Source: an uncultured delta proteobacterium
GTDB lineage: Bacteria; Desulfobacterota; Desulfobulbia; Desulfobulbales; Desulfocapsaceae
DNA length: 64,000 nucleotides
Reading direction: 5' to 3'
Assembly (NCBI GenBank): GCA_963804965.1
Contig: CAWDST010000024.1
Location: forward strand, 836-64,835
A model generated the notes under the pieces. It was given only the letters and a program-made list of their open reading frames with translations, searched no databases and was not told where the DNA came from. The position numbers were made by a program, and so were the translations under genes. Shown here one piece after another: positions 1 to 9,823 of the stretch. The stretch's first letter is position 1. Each line of letters begins with the position of its first letter.

Positions 1-44
1 AAGTGCTTCTTATCCGTGGCCATGCTGCCTCACTTGCTTCTTCA

Positions 45-1847
45 TCACACCGAGGTTGCCCGCAGCGCTTCTTCATAGGTGGTTATACCGCGCTTCACCT
101 TATCCCACGCGTCCTCGCGTAAGGTAGTCATTCCTTCGCGGATTGCAACCTGACGCATCTCCTGGGTGTGAGCCTCACTTGCGACCATTTTCTTGATCTG
201 GGTAGACATTGGGAATATTTCAAATATTCCGCATCTTCCTCTGTATCCGGTGCCCCGACATTCGCGACAACCCTTGCCCCGCCGCAGGGTGACGGTTCCC
301 GCTTCGCCTACCGGAAAACCCATCTTCGACAATTCTTCACTCTTCATTTCAAAGGTCTCAGCACATTCGTTGCAAACCATTTTCACCAGCCTCTGGGCCA
401 TGCAGCCGAGCAGGGTCGAGGCAATCATGAAGGATTGCAGGCCCAGGTCGCGAAGTCTGGCGATGGACGACACGGCGTCGTTGGTGTGCAGGGTCGAAAA
501 CACCAGATGGCCGGTCATCGCCGCCTGGACCGCATGCGCCGCCGTCTCTTGGTCGCGGATCTCGCCGATCATGATGATATCGGGATCCTGACGCAGGATA
601 TTGCGGAGGATCGTCGAAAAGGTGATATCGATGAGCGGTTGCACGGCAATCTGATTGAACTCCTCGTACACCATCTCCACCGGATCCTCGACGGTGACGA
701 TGTTCTTTTCCGGAGTGGCTATCTCTTTCAAGGTCGAATAGAGGGTTGTCGATTTACCACTGCCGGTCGGCCCTGTCACCAGGATAATGCCGTGTGGTGA
801 AGCGACAAAGGATTTGTACACCTCGATATCGCGCTTGGAAAAGCCAAGACTCTCCACCTGTTGGAAGATCATGTCGGAGTCGAGGATACGCATGACCACC
901 TTTTCCCCGAAGGCCACCGGCACCGTCGAAACACGTATTTCGACATCCTTGCCGCTCTTTTCGCCAATCTTGATCCGACCGTCCTGGGGCCGCCTTTTCT
1001 CGGCGATATCCATCCGGGAAAGGAATTTAATGCGTGAGGTTATGGCTGAATGGACCGCCTTCGGCAGATTGTAAATGGTGTGCAATCCGCCATCGATCCG
1101 AAAACGCACCATCGAGACGTTACGCTTTGGTTCGATGTGGATGTCGCTTGCCCGTTGCTCAAGGGCATAATGGAAGATATGATTGACCGCCGATTTGATA
1201 TGCTGATCGGAGGAGGTTATCTCCTTTGAGGCGGAGATCTTCACATACCTCTCAAGATTGCCGATATCAATGGAACTGGTGCCGCCGGAAGCCACTCCGA
1301 ACTGATCCTCGGCGGCACTGATCGACCGCTGAAAACCGAAAAACTCGGCAATGATCCGTTTGATATCCGATTTGGTGGCGAGGTAGGGCCGTATCCTTAC
1401 CTGGTTGGCCTGCTCGATATCCTCCAGAACCGCTTGGCAGTCCGGGTGGTAGATCGCCGTTTCCAGGAAACCATCCTCCATCTTGAAAGGGAGTATCAGC
1501 TGCCTGATGGCGAAGTTGCGAGGAATGGTCTTGGTGGCGACATCCATATCCAGGTCGAGGGGATCGAGCTTTTTAAACGGCAGCTTCTTCTCCCTGGCCA
1601 CTGCCTGCATGATGACTTCCTCATCGACCAGCCGCCCATCCCCCCCGAGCAGCTTGAGGTTGAAGGCGGTAATGATATCAACCATATCAGGGTAGTCTTT
1701 ATCGACCTCCCCTTCCTTGCCGGCCAGCCGCAGGAGTTTCTGCCGTTGCTTGCCCTTTTCCAGGGTCACAAACTGCCGTTGTTTGGGGCTCAACACCCGC
1801 AGCTCGACAAGGACATCAAGAAGCTCGTCGCTGTTCAGAAATTTCAT
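45..1847 (-). CDS. GspE/PilB family type II/IV secretion ATPase
   Basis: Walker A GPTGSGKSTT, TVEDPVE, LRQDPDIIMIGEIRD, STLHTND, CxxC Zn motifs. Start set at MKFLNS (1847); the longer ORF overlaps nfo. Confidence 0.93.
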   Translation of the reverse strand: MKFLNSDELLDVLVELRVLSPKQRQFVTLEKGKQRQKLLRLAGKEGEVDKDYPDMVDIITAFNLKLLGGDGRLVDEEVIMQAVAREKKLPFKKLDPLDLDMDVATKTIPRNFAIRQLILPFKMEDGFLETAIYHPDCQAVLEDIEQANQVRIRPYLATKSDIKRIIAEFFGFQRSISAAEDQFGVASGGTSSIDIGNLERYVKISASKEITSSDQHIKSAVNHIFHYALEQRASDIHIEPKRNVSMVRFRIDGGLHTIYNLPKAVHSAITSRIKFLSRMDIAEKRRPQDGRIKIGEKSGKDVEIRVSTVPVAFGEKVVMRILDSDMIFQQVESLGFSKRDIEVYKSFVASPHGIILVTGPTGSGKSTTLYSTLKEIATPEKNIVTVEDPVEMVYEEFNQIAVQPLIDITFSTILRNILRQDPDIIMIGEIRDQETAAHAVQAAMTGHLVFSTLHTNDAVSSIARLRDLGLQSFMIASTLLGCMAQRLVKMVCNECAETFEMKSEELSKMGFPVGEAGTVTLRRGKGCRECRGTGYRGRCGIFEIFPMSTQIKKMVASEAHTQEMRQVAIREGMTTLREDAWDKVKRGITTYEEALRATSV

Positions 1848-1956
1848 CAAAACACCTTCGTTTGGTAAAGAGTTGGATGGCTCGCCCCATTCTCCCCGCA
1901 AACAAGGTAATTTGCAATACAATAGAACACTTTCCGAGTCCCTTACTTGTCCGGAT

Positions 1957-2799
1957 TCAGAAAAGCGAACGGAGGATTTGCAGATTGACCCGGTCTTCAT
2001 CGAGATCCTCGCCTTTCGGCGTTTCGAGGACCATCGGCCGATCGACAAAGCGGCGGTCACGCAGCAGGTTGCGAAAACCTTCCAGGCCAATGGCCCCTTT
2101 ACCGATATGCTCATGACGATCAACCCTGCTGCCAAGGTCGGTTTTCGAATCATTGAGATGGAAAAAACGTACCTTTTCAAGGCCTACCGTTTGCTCCAGG
2201 GCGGTCATGGTCGCTGTGTATCCGGCGGGCGTACGCAACTCATAGCCTGCGGCGAAGATATGACAGGTATCGACACACACCCCGAGCAGCTCGGGGTAGT
2301 GTGAATTTCCCAGAATATAGGCCAGTTCAGTGAAGCTGCTGCCCAGGCCGGTTCCTTGGCCGGCGGTGGTTTCGATGAGTATTTGCACCTGCCCGTCGCT
2401 TCCGCCAAGAACCTGATCGAGGCCGCCGACACAGCGCTTGAGACCGGCTTCAACACCGTCACCGCCATGCGATCCCGGGTGTAATACCACAAAGGGTATT
2501 CCGAGTTGCGAGCATCGCCCCAGTTCGAGGGTGAGGTTGCGCACCGATTTCTCCCGCAGCTCTTCCTTGCCGGAGGCGAGATTGACAAGATAGGAAGCAT
2601 GGGAAGCGACGATCATGCCACCACTTTGCTCATGGGCTGCCAGGAATAGAGCCGTCTCCGTTGTCGTCAGTTCAGAAGCCTGCCATTGTCGCTGGTTACG
2701 GGTAAAAAGCTGCAGACACTCGCCGCTGGCCCGTCGAATTCGCTCAAACGCCAGGTGCAGACCGCCGCTGACCGACTCATGCGCTCCCAAAAGAACCAT
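1957..2799 (-). CDS. nfo: Endonuclease IV (AP endonuclease)
   Basis: LLGAHES, HASYLVNL, LHPGSH, ETTAGQG, DTCHIFAAGY, HLNDSK, DRHEHIG, LETPK motifs. Confidence 0.95.
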   Translation of the reverse strand: MVLLGAHESVSGGLHLAFERIRRASGECLQLFTRNQRQWQASELTTTETALFLAAHEQSGGMIVASHASYLVNLASGKEELREKSVRNLTLELGRCSQLGIPFVVLHPGSHGGDGVEAGLKRCVGGLDQVLGGSDGQVQILIETTAGQGTGLGSSFTELAYILGNSHYPELLGVCVDTCHIFAAGYELRTPAGYTATMTALEQTVGLEKVRFFHLNDSKTDLGSRVDRHEHIGKGAIGLEGFRNLLRDRRFVDRPMVLETPKGEDLDEDRVNLQILRSLF

Positions 2800-2814
2800 C
2801 GCGCTCCGTAAAGA

Positions 2815-4658
2815 TCATGGGGATTTCCCCTGCCTGGCTTCCATCTCCCGGACCGATTCCTCATAGGTGCCGTTGGTGAATTTATGAATTTGCGCCAGGT
2901 AAAAGCGTTTCTGCGCTCCATCGACCACAGCCGCCTGCTGCTCGGTGCGAACCGCCTCATCAAGGAGACCGTTCGCCCAGTAGGCGGTTGCCAGGGTGTC
3001 GAGAATATGGCCTTTGGGTTGCAGGGTTGCCGCAGCTCTGGCAAGCGTCAGAGCCTTGAGCGGATCGCGAAGATGCAGTTGTTCGCTGGTGAGGAGCAGC
3101 CAGGCCAGATTGTTCATGATTTCCGGATTGGCCGGTTCAAGACTGAAAGCCTTCTCATAGGCGAGGAGCGCCTTCTCCTCCATTTTCCGGGTCATCATAA
3201 GATCGCCGATGAGCCGCTGCCAGAGCGCCCGGTCCGGTTCCTGTTTCACCTTCTGCAAGAGAACCGTCTCGGCAAAGTTTTCCTGATAGCGTAAAGCCAG
3301 CTCTTCTTTGGGAATCTGGTACACCAGGATACCGGCAAGGAGCACCACTGCCACATAGGCAAACAGGCTGAAACGCACCTTGCGGTTATGGCGTTCAATC
3401 AATCGGGGATCTCTTTCGGCCCGTTCCAGGCATTCTATGCGCTCGCCAATACCAAAATGATGCCAATTCCGTTCGTCGCGGATATTGCCGCTCAAGCTTG
3501 CTATCTTCTCAAACGCCGATATCATCGCCCGGGCATTGCCGATGGCCGCCAAACTGAACAAATCGGCCTGTCGCTCGAAATTGCGGATAAAATATCCGAA
3601 TAAAAAACGAAAATAAACCAGCAAGAAAAGCAGTAGCGGCACCGCACCAACCACGGTCAGTACATTATCGGCGGCAATGCCGCTGGCGAGGATCATTTTA
3701 TTGAAAAATTCCTGAGACAGCAGCAGGTAGATAAGGGGCTCGGCCAGCATTCCGGTGAGAAGGCTGAAACCGCTGAGAAGAAAGACGTACAGCAGGAGAT
3801 GGTATTTTTTTACATGACCTATCTCATGGGCCATGACCGCCTCAAGCTCCTCCCGTGACATGGTCTCGATTAGGGCCGGGGTGATGAGGATATATCTGAG
3901 GCCGGGGACAATACCCATGACTCCGGCGGTCAGAACCCGTCCTTCAAAGAGCGGCCAGAGATAGTATTCGGCGGAAAAATTTTGGGTGGCGCAAAAAGCG
4001 TCAAGACGATCTTTCAGATACCCTTCCGGCAGTTTTTTGCAACCCCACAGCCTCCGCACCAAGGGGGGAAAAAGAGGACGACGAAAAGGAGAAAGACTCC
4101 GAAGAGCAGCAGGTCACCCCACTCCGAGGCGACAAGCTTCTGCAATCCGGGAAAGGGCAGCAGTGCCACCATATCATACAGCAGGGAAATGATGATCCAA
4201 GGCAGGACAATGGGCAGGTTGGCCTGGATGTTATTGCGAATATGTCTCAGCGTCCGGTACTTTCGGGAGAAGATATGTTCATAATTGCCCTGCCCGGCCC
4301 ACCACATCAGGGCCAGATACGCGATAAAGAGCATGAGTCCGGCAAAATTGACCAGGACCGGCATGGTGTTGCCAAGCGACAGGAGAGACAAATAATATTT
4401 CGGATCACAGCAATACAGCGTCGCAGCGTAGAAGCATATTGCCATGACGGACAGCTGTTTTTCGGTTCGAAAGTAGCCGGCGGATGTGAAAGCCTGCTGC
4501 CTGGAAAAAAGCTTCCGGGCAATTTTACCATACCCTGTAAACAAAACAACAAGCAAGGCCAGGGCCTGCCAACCATTCAGCCATGGGGTTTTTGGTACAC
4601 TCTCTATGGTGAAGAGAAAGATAGCGACCAAAAAAAGAAGAAGATTTGTATACATCAA
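2815..4658 (-). CDS. M48 (HtpX/Ste24-like) membrane metallopeptidase with C-terminal TPR region; split by a frameshift near 4065
   Basis: Multi-TM N-terminus (4014..4658 ORF). HEIGH zinc motif, ERQAD and TPR-like NNLAWLL/DTLA in 2815..4062 ORF. The break lies in the gggggg/aaaaa homopolymers. Confidence 0.85.
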
Positions 4659-4827
4659 GGATGTTCACCAAAATTTCTGGGGATTGTACGGACAAGACTA
4701 ACGAAAAAACAAACTCCCACTTAGGGTAATTACACTTTCCTGTTTGACAACCATGAGTTCGGGTTTTCCATTCGCACGTGGAAGGTGCAAATCTGAACGA
4801 ATTCTCCGCCCCCTCCGTCTTTTTTTC

Positions 4828-4857
4828 TTGACTTTTTCGTCAAGGTGGTTTTATATA
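4828..4857 (+). promoter_or_regulatory. Candidate sigma70 promoter for the tRNA
   Basis: TTGACT, 17-18 nt spacer, TTATAT/TATATA, ~25 nt upstream of the tRNA. Confidence 0.45.
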
Positions 4858-4880
4858 AAACGTTTTATTGTCAGAGAAGC

Positions 4881-4956
4881 GGGCGTATAGCTCAGTTGGT
4901 AGAGCCATCGGCTCATAACCGATCGGTCGTAGGTTCGAATCCTACTGCGCCCACCA
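4881..4956 (+). tRNA. tRNA with CAT anticodon, most likely tRNA-Ile2 (lysidine-modified)
   Basis: Acceptor stem GGGCGTA/TGCGCCC, D arm AGCTCAGTTGGTAGAGC, anticodon arm ATCGG-CTCATAA-CCGAT, GGTTCGAATCC, encoded CCA. Lacks initiator features. Confidence 0.93.
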
Positions 4957-5160
4957 TTAATACTGCAGCTTCTGACCAGAAACAACGGATTCCTTGAAAA
5001 AACCAACATTCTTCATACAACAAGGGGAAGGCATAACACCCCTGGCATATACACGCCGATCCGGGCAGGAAATGCCCGAACCGGCAAGGTGAATCAAAAG
5101 GTACATTCCCCGTGGAGTGTACCTTTTTTGTTTTACCGCATAAACAACAGTAATTTTGTT

Positions 5161-5985
5161 ATGACGGCAAGAGTAAAGGACATTCTCAACACCCTCAATA
5201 CCCTGGCACCATTCGATCTGGCGGAGCCATGGGATAATGTCGGACTCCTGGTCGGCAATCCGGATCAGCAGGTTACGGCAATCCTTGCCGGACTCGATCC
5301 GACCAACTGCCTCATTGATGAGGCGATCAGCCTGGGAGCAAACACGGTCATCACCCACCACCCGGTGATCTTCAAACCCCTGCCGGCGATCGACACCTCA
5401 ACCCCGGAAGGAAGGCTCCTCGAAAAGGCCCTCACCCATCGCATTGCCATCATCGGCTGTCATACCAATTTCGATAGTGCAGAGACCGGGGTCAGCGTCA
5501 TTCTGGCCGAGCGACTCGGCCTGGACAACCATTCACCTCTCATTCCAACACCCGAAAAAAGCTCGGCGAAATGCGGTCTTGGCCGCATTGGTTCCTACCT
5601 GCATCCCTTAACTCCAGCCGAGTTCTTACAGCGCCTTCTTCATGCCCTGGGGCAGGAGAGCGTCCAGGTGGCCGGAACACTGCCGAAAAAGATCACAACC
5701 GTTGCGGTTTGCGGCGGCAGCGGTTCGGAGTTTGCAATACAGGCCCAAAGCCTCGGTGCGGAGGTCTATGTCTCAGCGGAAATCAAACACAGCACGGCTA
5801 TCTGGGCAATTGAAAGTAATTTCTGCATCATAGACGGCAGCCATTATGCCACAGAAAAACCGGCAGTCTCCTTCCTCGTTAAAAAGCTGGAAGAGGCTGG
5901 CCGCAGGGAAAACTGGAACATCAGGATTTTAGAAACTACAACGGAACGTCACCCCTTCATCAAACTGGACAGAAACAACCTATAG
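5161..5985 (+). CDS. Nif3-like dinuclear metal centre protein
   Basis: AEPWDNVGLLVG, ITHHPVIF, HTNFD, VAVCGGSG, HYATE. Confidence 0.93.
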   Translation: MTARVKDILNTLNTLAPFDLAEPWDNVGLLVGNPDQQVTAILAGLDPTNCLIDEAISLGANTVITHHPVIFKPLPAIDTSTPEGRLLEKALTHRIAIIGCHTNFDSAETGVSVILAERLGLDNHSPLIPTPEKSSAKCGLGRIGSYLHPLTPAEFLQRLLHALGQESVQVAGTLPKKITTVAVCGGSGSEFAIQAQSLGAEVYVSAEIKHSTAIWAIESNFCIIDGSHYATEKPAVSFLVKKLEEAGRRENWNIRILETTTERHPFIKLDRNNL

Positions 5986-6012
5986 TAAAGCAATACAGAG
6001 AGGAGAATCATC

Positions 6013-6801
6013 TTGAACGAACTTTTAGATCAACTCGTCGCACTGCAGGCCATTGACTTGGAAATTGATCTTATTGACCAGGCTATCAAGGCTGAGCAGA
6101 GTGGCCTTGATGAACGTATTTCGGCCCTGGCCAAAAGAGAAGCCTTCATCAATGAACTGCAGGAAAAAATCAACTCTCAGCAGAAAGAAGGCCGCACCCT
6201 GGAGGGTGAAATGGCCGACAAGATGGATCATGTTCGAGATCGCCAATCGAAAATGATGCAGGTCCAGACCGGCCGGGAGCAGACGGCACTCCTCAAAGAG
6301 ATCGAGGATGCCAAAAAGAGTGCCAAGGAAAATGAGGAAAAAATCGTCGCCATCATGCTCTCCATCGAACAGCTGACTACCCAGGTGACCGAGGAAAAGA
6401 ACCTCTTGAAAGGCGAAAAAGAACTCGTTGCCGAAGAAACCGACAAGGTTCGCGCCAATATCGAAGCGATCAACAAGGGCAAAAAAGAAAAAGACGGACA
6501 CCGTGGCGAACAGGCCACCAAGATCAAGGGATCGACTCTCCGCAAGTACGACACCCTTCGCCAGCGCCGTAACGGCCTGGCGGTTGTCAATGTGGTTGAC
6601 GGAGTGTGCCAGGGATGCTTCATGTCCCTTCCACCGCAGCTTTTCAATCTGTTGCTGCGCGGAGACCAGATGTTCGATTGCCCGACCTGCCAGCGGATGA
6701 TTCATTACGTCCGACCGGCAGAACGAGAAAAACTAAGGGTCATTTTTCCCTTTCTTCTTTCGCCGTTTCCAACTACATTGCCGAAGGGAGCGGGCGCATG
6801 A
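6013..6801 (+). CDS. Coiled-coil protein with C4 zinc ribbon (DUF164/CdsZ-like); true stop probably near 6735
   Basis: Long coiled coil, then CQGCFM...CPTCQR. The ORF tail runs into rnpB, suggesting an indel. Confidence 0.85.
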   Translation: MNELLDQLVALQAIDLEIDLIDQAIKAEQSGLDERISALAKREAFINELQEKINSQQKEGRTLEGEMADKMDHVRDRQSKMMQVQTGREQTALLKEIEDAKKSAKENEEKIVAIMLSIEQLTTQVTEEKNLLKGEKELVAEETDKVRANIEAINKGKKEKDGHRGEQATKIKGSTLRKYDTLRQRRNGLAVVNVVDGVCQGCFMSLPPQLFNLLLRGDQMFDCPTCQRMIHYVRPAEREKLRVIFPFLLSPFPTTLPKGAGA

Positions 6802-7139
6802 TCGCTCCGGTTTTTTGCCGGAGAGGAAAGTCCGAACTCTGCAGGGCAGGGTGGTTCGTAACGCGAACGCCGGGCGACCGGGGGAAAGTGCCACAGAAAA
6901 CAGACCGCCTGATTTTTTCAGGTAAGGGTGAAACGGCGAGGTAAGAGCTCACCGCTTGCATGGCGACATGGAAGGCACGGCAAACCCCACCCAGAGCAAG
7001 ACCAAATAGGGAGATGTTTGAGGGCGGCCCGTCCGAAATCTCCGGGTAGGTTGCAAGAGATGTTGAGCAATCAACATTCCAGTCAAATGATCATGGCCCC
7101 TTTGCGGGGGTACAGAATTCGGCTTATAGCCCGCTCCTT
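6786..7139 (+). ncRNA. rnpB: RNase P RNA (type A)
   Basis: GAGGAAAGTCC, AGTGCCACAGAAA, GGGTGAAACGG, GGTAAGAGC, GGCAAACCCC, GAGCAAGACCAAATAGG, ACAGAATTCGGCTTA; P1 helix GGAGCGGGC/GCCCGCTCC. Confidence 0.96.
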
Positions 7140-7237
7140 TTTCATTAAGCCATGAGCCAGGTCGATTCTGCGACCGAGATAGCCAAGTTTCACAGGATTG
7201 TCCATAAGACTACTTTTCGCCTTCTCCGCCATTTTTC

Positions 7238-8404
7238 ATGACCCCCAGAGCCGCTGCTATCATTCCGGCTGCCGGCTTCGGCACCCGGATGAACCTTGAT
7301 CATCCGAAACAGTATCACCTGCTTGCCGGCACCCCCATTCTTGTCCGCACAGTTCGTGCTTTTTGCGACGAAGACTATATAATCCGCATCGTCGTTGTTG
7401 TGCCGCCCAACATGGTGGAACATACTCGGTTGCTCCTTGCCGACCACGAGCTTGCCGGACCAAAACTGACAATAATCGCCGGCGGGCTGAGACGCCAGGA
7501 TTCGGTCAAGGCCGGCCTTGATACTCTCGATGACAGCACGGAAATAGTGCTGGTTCACGATGGAGCCAGACCTCTTGTCAGCCGGCAACTCATTGCTCGA
7601 TGTTATGAAGCCGCCATTGTCGATGGTGCAGCCATCGCCGCCGTGCCGGTAAAAGACACCCTGAAAAAGGGCAATGGTCATGGCCGTGTTGTCAAGACCA
7701 TCGACCGCACCGCCCTGTGGCAGGCTCAAACCCCCCAGGCGGCGAGGCGAGAACTCCTTGAAAGGGCTTACCGGATCAATGGCGACGCCGATGTCACCGA
7801 CGAATCGTCTCTCCTGGAAAAGGCCGCCATCCCGGTAACCCTCGTGGAAGGGGCCGAGACCAATATCAAAATCACCCGTCCGGAGGATCTTCTGTTGGCG
7901 GATAAACTGTTAAACCAGACTGCGGCACCGATCTTTCGCATCGGACACGGCTACGACGCCCATCGCTTTGCCGAAAACCGCCGGCTGGTGCTTGGCGGCG
8001 TTACCATCCCCCACAGCTTTGGCCTGGCCGGACATTCCGACGCCGATGTTCTCACCCACGCCCTCTGCGATGCCCTCCTCGGAGCCCTGGGGAGCGGCGA
8101 TATCGGCAAGCATTTCCCCGATTCCGATGCCCGCTTTGCCGGCATCTCCTCCATTACCCTCCTCGAACGGGTCATGCACGCCGTTAGCGAGGATGGATAT
8201 ACGCTTGTTAATGCCGATGTCACTGTTGTTTGCCAGGCTCCCCGGTTGGCCCCTTTTCTCCCTCAGATGCAGGAAATTCTTGGAAGAACATGCAGGGTTG
8301 CGGCGGATGTCGTCAACATCAAGGCGACAACCACCGAAGGTATGGGATTTACCGGGAGAAAGGAAGGCATCGGTTGCCATGCCGTCGTTCTCCTGCAAAA
8401 ATAA
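7238..8404 (+). CDS. ispDF: Bifunctional IspD/IspF (MEP pathway)
   Basis: PAAGFGTRM, RQDSV, VHDGARP, QTPQ (IspD) fused to RIGHGYDAH, HSDADVLTHALCDA, KATTTEG (IspF). Confidence 0.95.
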   Translation: MTPRAAAIIPAAGFGTRMNLDHPKQYHLLAGTPILVRTVRAFCDEDYIIRIVVVVPPNMVEHTRLLLADHELAGPKLTIIAGGLRRQDSVKAGLDTLDDSTEIVLVHDGARPLVSRQLIARCYEAAIVDGAAIAAVPVKDTLKKGNGHGRVVKTIDRTALWQAQTPQAARRELLERAYRINGDADVTDESSLLEKAAIPVTLVEGAETNIKITRPEDLLLADKLLNQTAAPIFRIGHGYDAHRFAENRRLVLGGVTIPHSFGLAGHSDADVLTHALCDALLGALGSGDIGKHFPDSDARFAGISSITLLERVMHAVSEDGYTLVNADVTVVCQAPRLAPFLPQMQEILGRTCRVAADVVNIKATTTEGMGFTGRKEGIGCHAVVLLQK

Positions 8405-8418
8405 AAATAGGATCATTC

Positions 8419-9564
8419 ATGACCATTGAAATCAACCGGGAACGGCTTGCCGCCACCTTTACCGAACTTTGCCAAATCAGCAGTCCTTCCCGCCGGGAGG
8501 GTGCCGTCTCCGCCTACCTGAAACGGGCATTTGCCGAACTCGGTGCCGATGCCATTTATGAAGACGATTCCTCCGCCCGGACCGGTTCCGAATGTGGCAA
8601 TCTCATTGTCCGCTTCGACGGCAACCTTCCTGACCAGGAAGGTCTATTTTTTTCCTGCCACATGGACACCGTTGAACCGGCCATGGGAGTCGAGGTGGTA
8701 AGAACAGGCGATATCTTTACCAGTAAGGGCGATACCATTCTCGGTGGCGACGATAAAACAGGCATTGCCGCCGTCCTCGAACTGTTGACCCTCCTGAAAG
8801 AAAACAATACCCCCCATCCGACCCTTGAGGTGGTAGTAACCACCTGCGAAGAAATCGGTCTGCTCGGTGCGAAAAATCTGGAATATGGCAAGCTGCAAAC
8901 AAAATTCGGCTACGCCCTGGATTCCACCGGCAACAATCATGTGGTCATCGGCGCCCCGGCCGCCAACAAGATAAAGATCGAGATCAAAGGGTTGGCCGCA
9001 CATGCCGGACTTTGTCCGGAAGCCGGCATCAACGCCCTGGCTCTTGCCGCCCAGGCCCTGGCGGCCATCCGCATGGGTCGGTTGGACGAAGAATCAACCT
9101 GCAATTTCGGTATGATCCAAGGGGGCGTTGCCACCAATATTATCCCCGAACATGTTATCCTACGGGGCGAGGTGCGCAGCCATTCCCGGGAGAAACTGGT
9201 GAGTTATACAGATGAAATCTTTGCTATTTTCCAAAAAGTGGTTGCCGACTGGCGGGGAAATCCGGCAACGGGTGACAAGAGGCCCTCGGTCGCCATAGAG
9301 ATCATCGACGACTACCCGCCCCTAGCCATCGCCGAGGACGCGCCGGTGCTCCTGAAAATTAAAAAGGCTGCCGAAGCATGCCGCAAAGAACTGCACTATA
9401 TCGTCGCCGGTGGTGGCAGTGATGCCAATATTTTTAACAGCTTTGGTTTGCCGACGGCTATTGTCGCAACCGGTATGAATAAAGTACATACCGTCAATGA
9501 ACAACTCGACCTCAACGATCTTGTCAATCTGACCGAGCTTTTACATGCCATGGCTACGGAGTAG
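8419..9564 (+). CDS. M20 family peptidase T-like metallohydrolase
   Basis: HMDTV, LGGDDK, CEEIGL, AHAG, GGGSDAN, VHT. Confidence 0.9.
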   Translation: MTIEINRERLAATFTELCQISSPSRREGAVSAYLKRAFAELGADAIYEDDSSARTGSECGNLIVRFDGNLPDQEGLFFSCHMDTVEPAMGVEVVRTGDIFTSKGDTILGGDDKTGIAAVLELLTLLKENNTPHPTLEVVVTTCEEIGLLGAKNLEYGKLQTKFGYALDSTGNNHVVIGAPAANKIKIEIKGLAAHAGLCPEAGINALALAAQALAAIRMGRLDEESTCNFGMIQGGVATNIIPEHVILRGEVRSHSREKLVSYTDEIFAIFQKVVADWRGNPATGDKRPSVAIEIIDDYPPLAIAEDAPVLLKIKKAAEACRKELHYIVAGGGSDANIFNSFGLPTAIVATGMNKVHTVNEQLDLNDLVNLTELLHAMATE

Positions 9565-9823
9565 AAAAACAGCCCGGGGATGGAAATTCTTATCCCTGGA
9601 TCCAGGAACACATGATTTTCCCCTTCTGCTCGATCTTTCTTGTTGAGTTTGGGGAATATTTATTATAGATTTCCACTTTTGGGATACCCAAGAAAGGCAC
9701 AAAGATTCTCTCTTTGTGCCTTTAGCTGTTTAGGCAATCCCTCAAAAGAAACCGCGATCGCCAATTGATCCAAGAGGATGCACCAAACCCCCGGTTTTTC
9801 AGACAACCAAGGATACGCTTTCG

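Noticed and set aside
1848-2180. 111-aa N-terminal extension of the GspE/PilB ORF
   Set aside because: It overlaps nfo on the same strand in another frame; a better start with GAAGG upstream is at 1847
6735-6801. Protein-coding overlap with RNase P RNA
   Set aside because: The tail follows the last Zn-ribbon motif and a near-frame TAA after an A-run, so an indel is more likely
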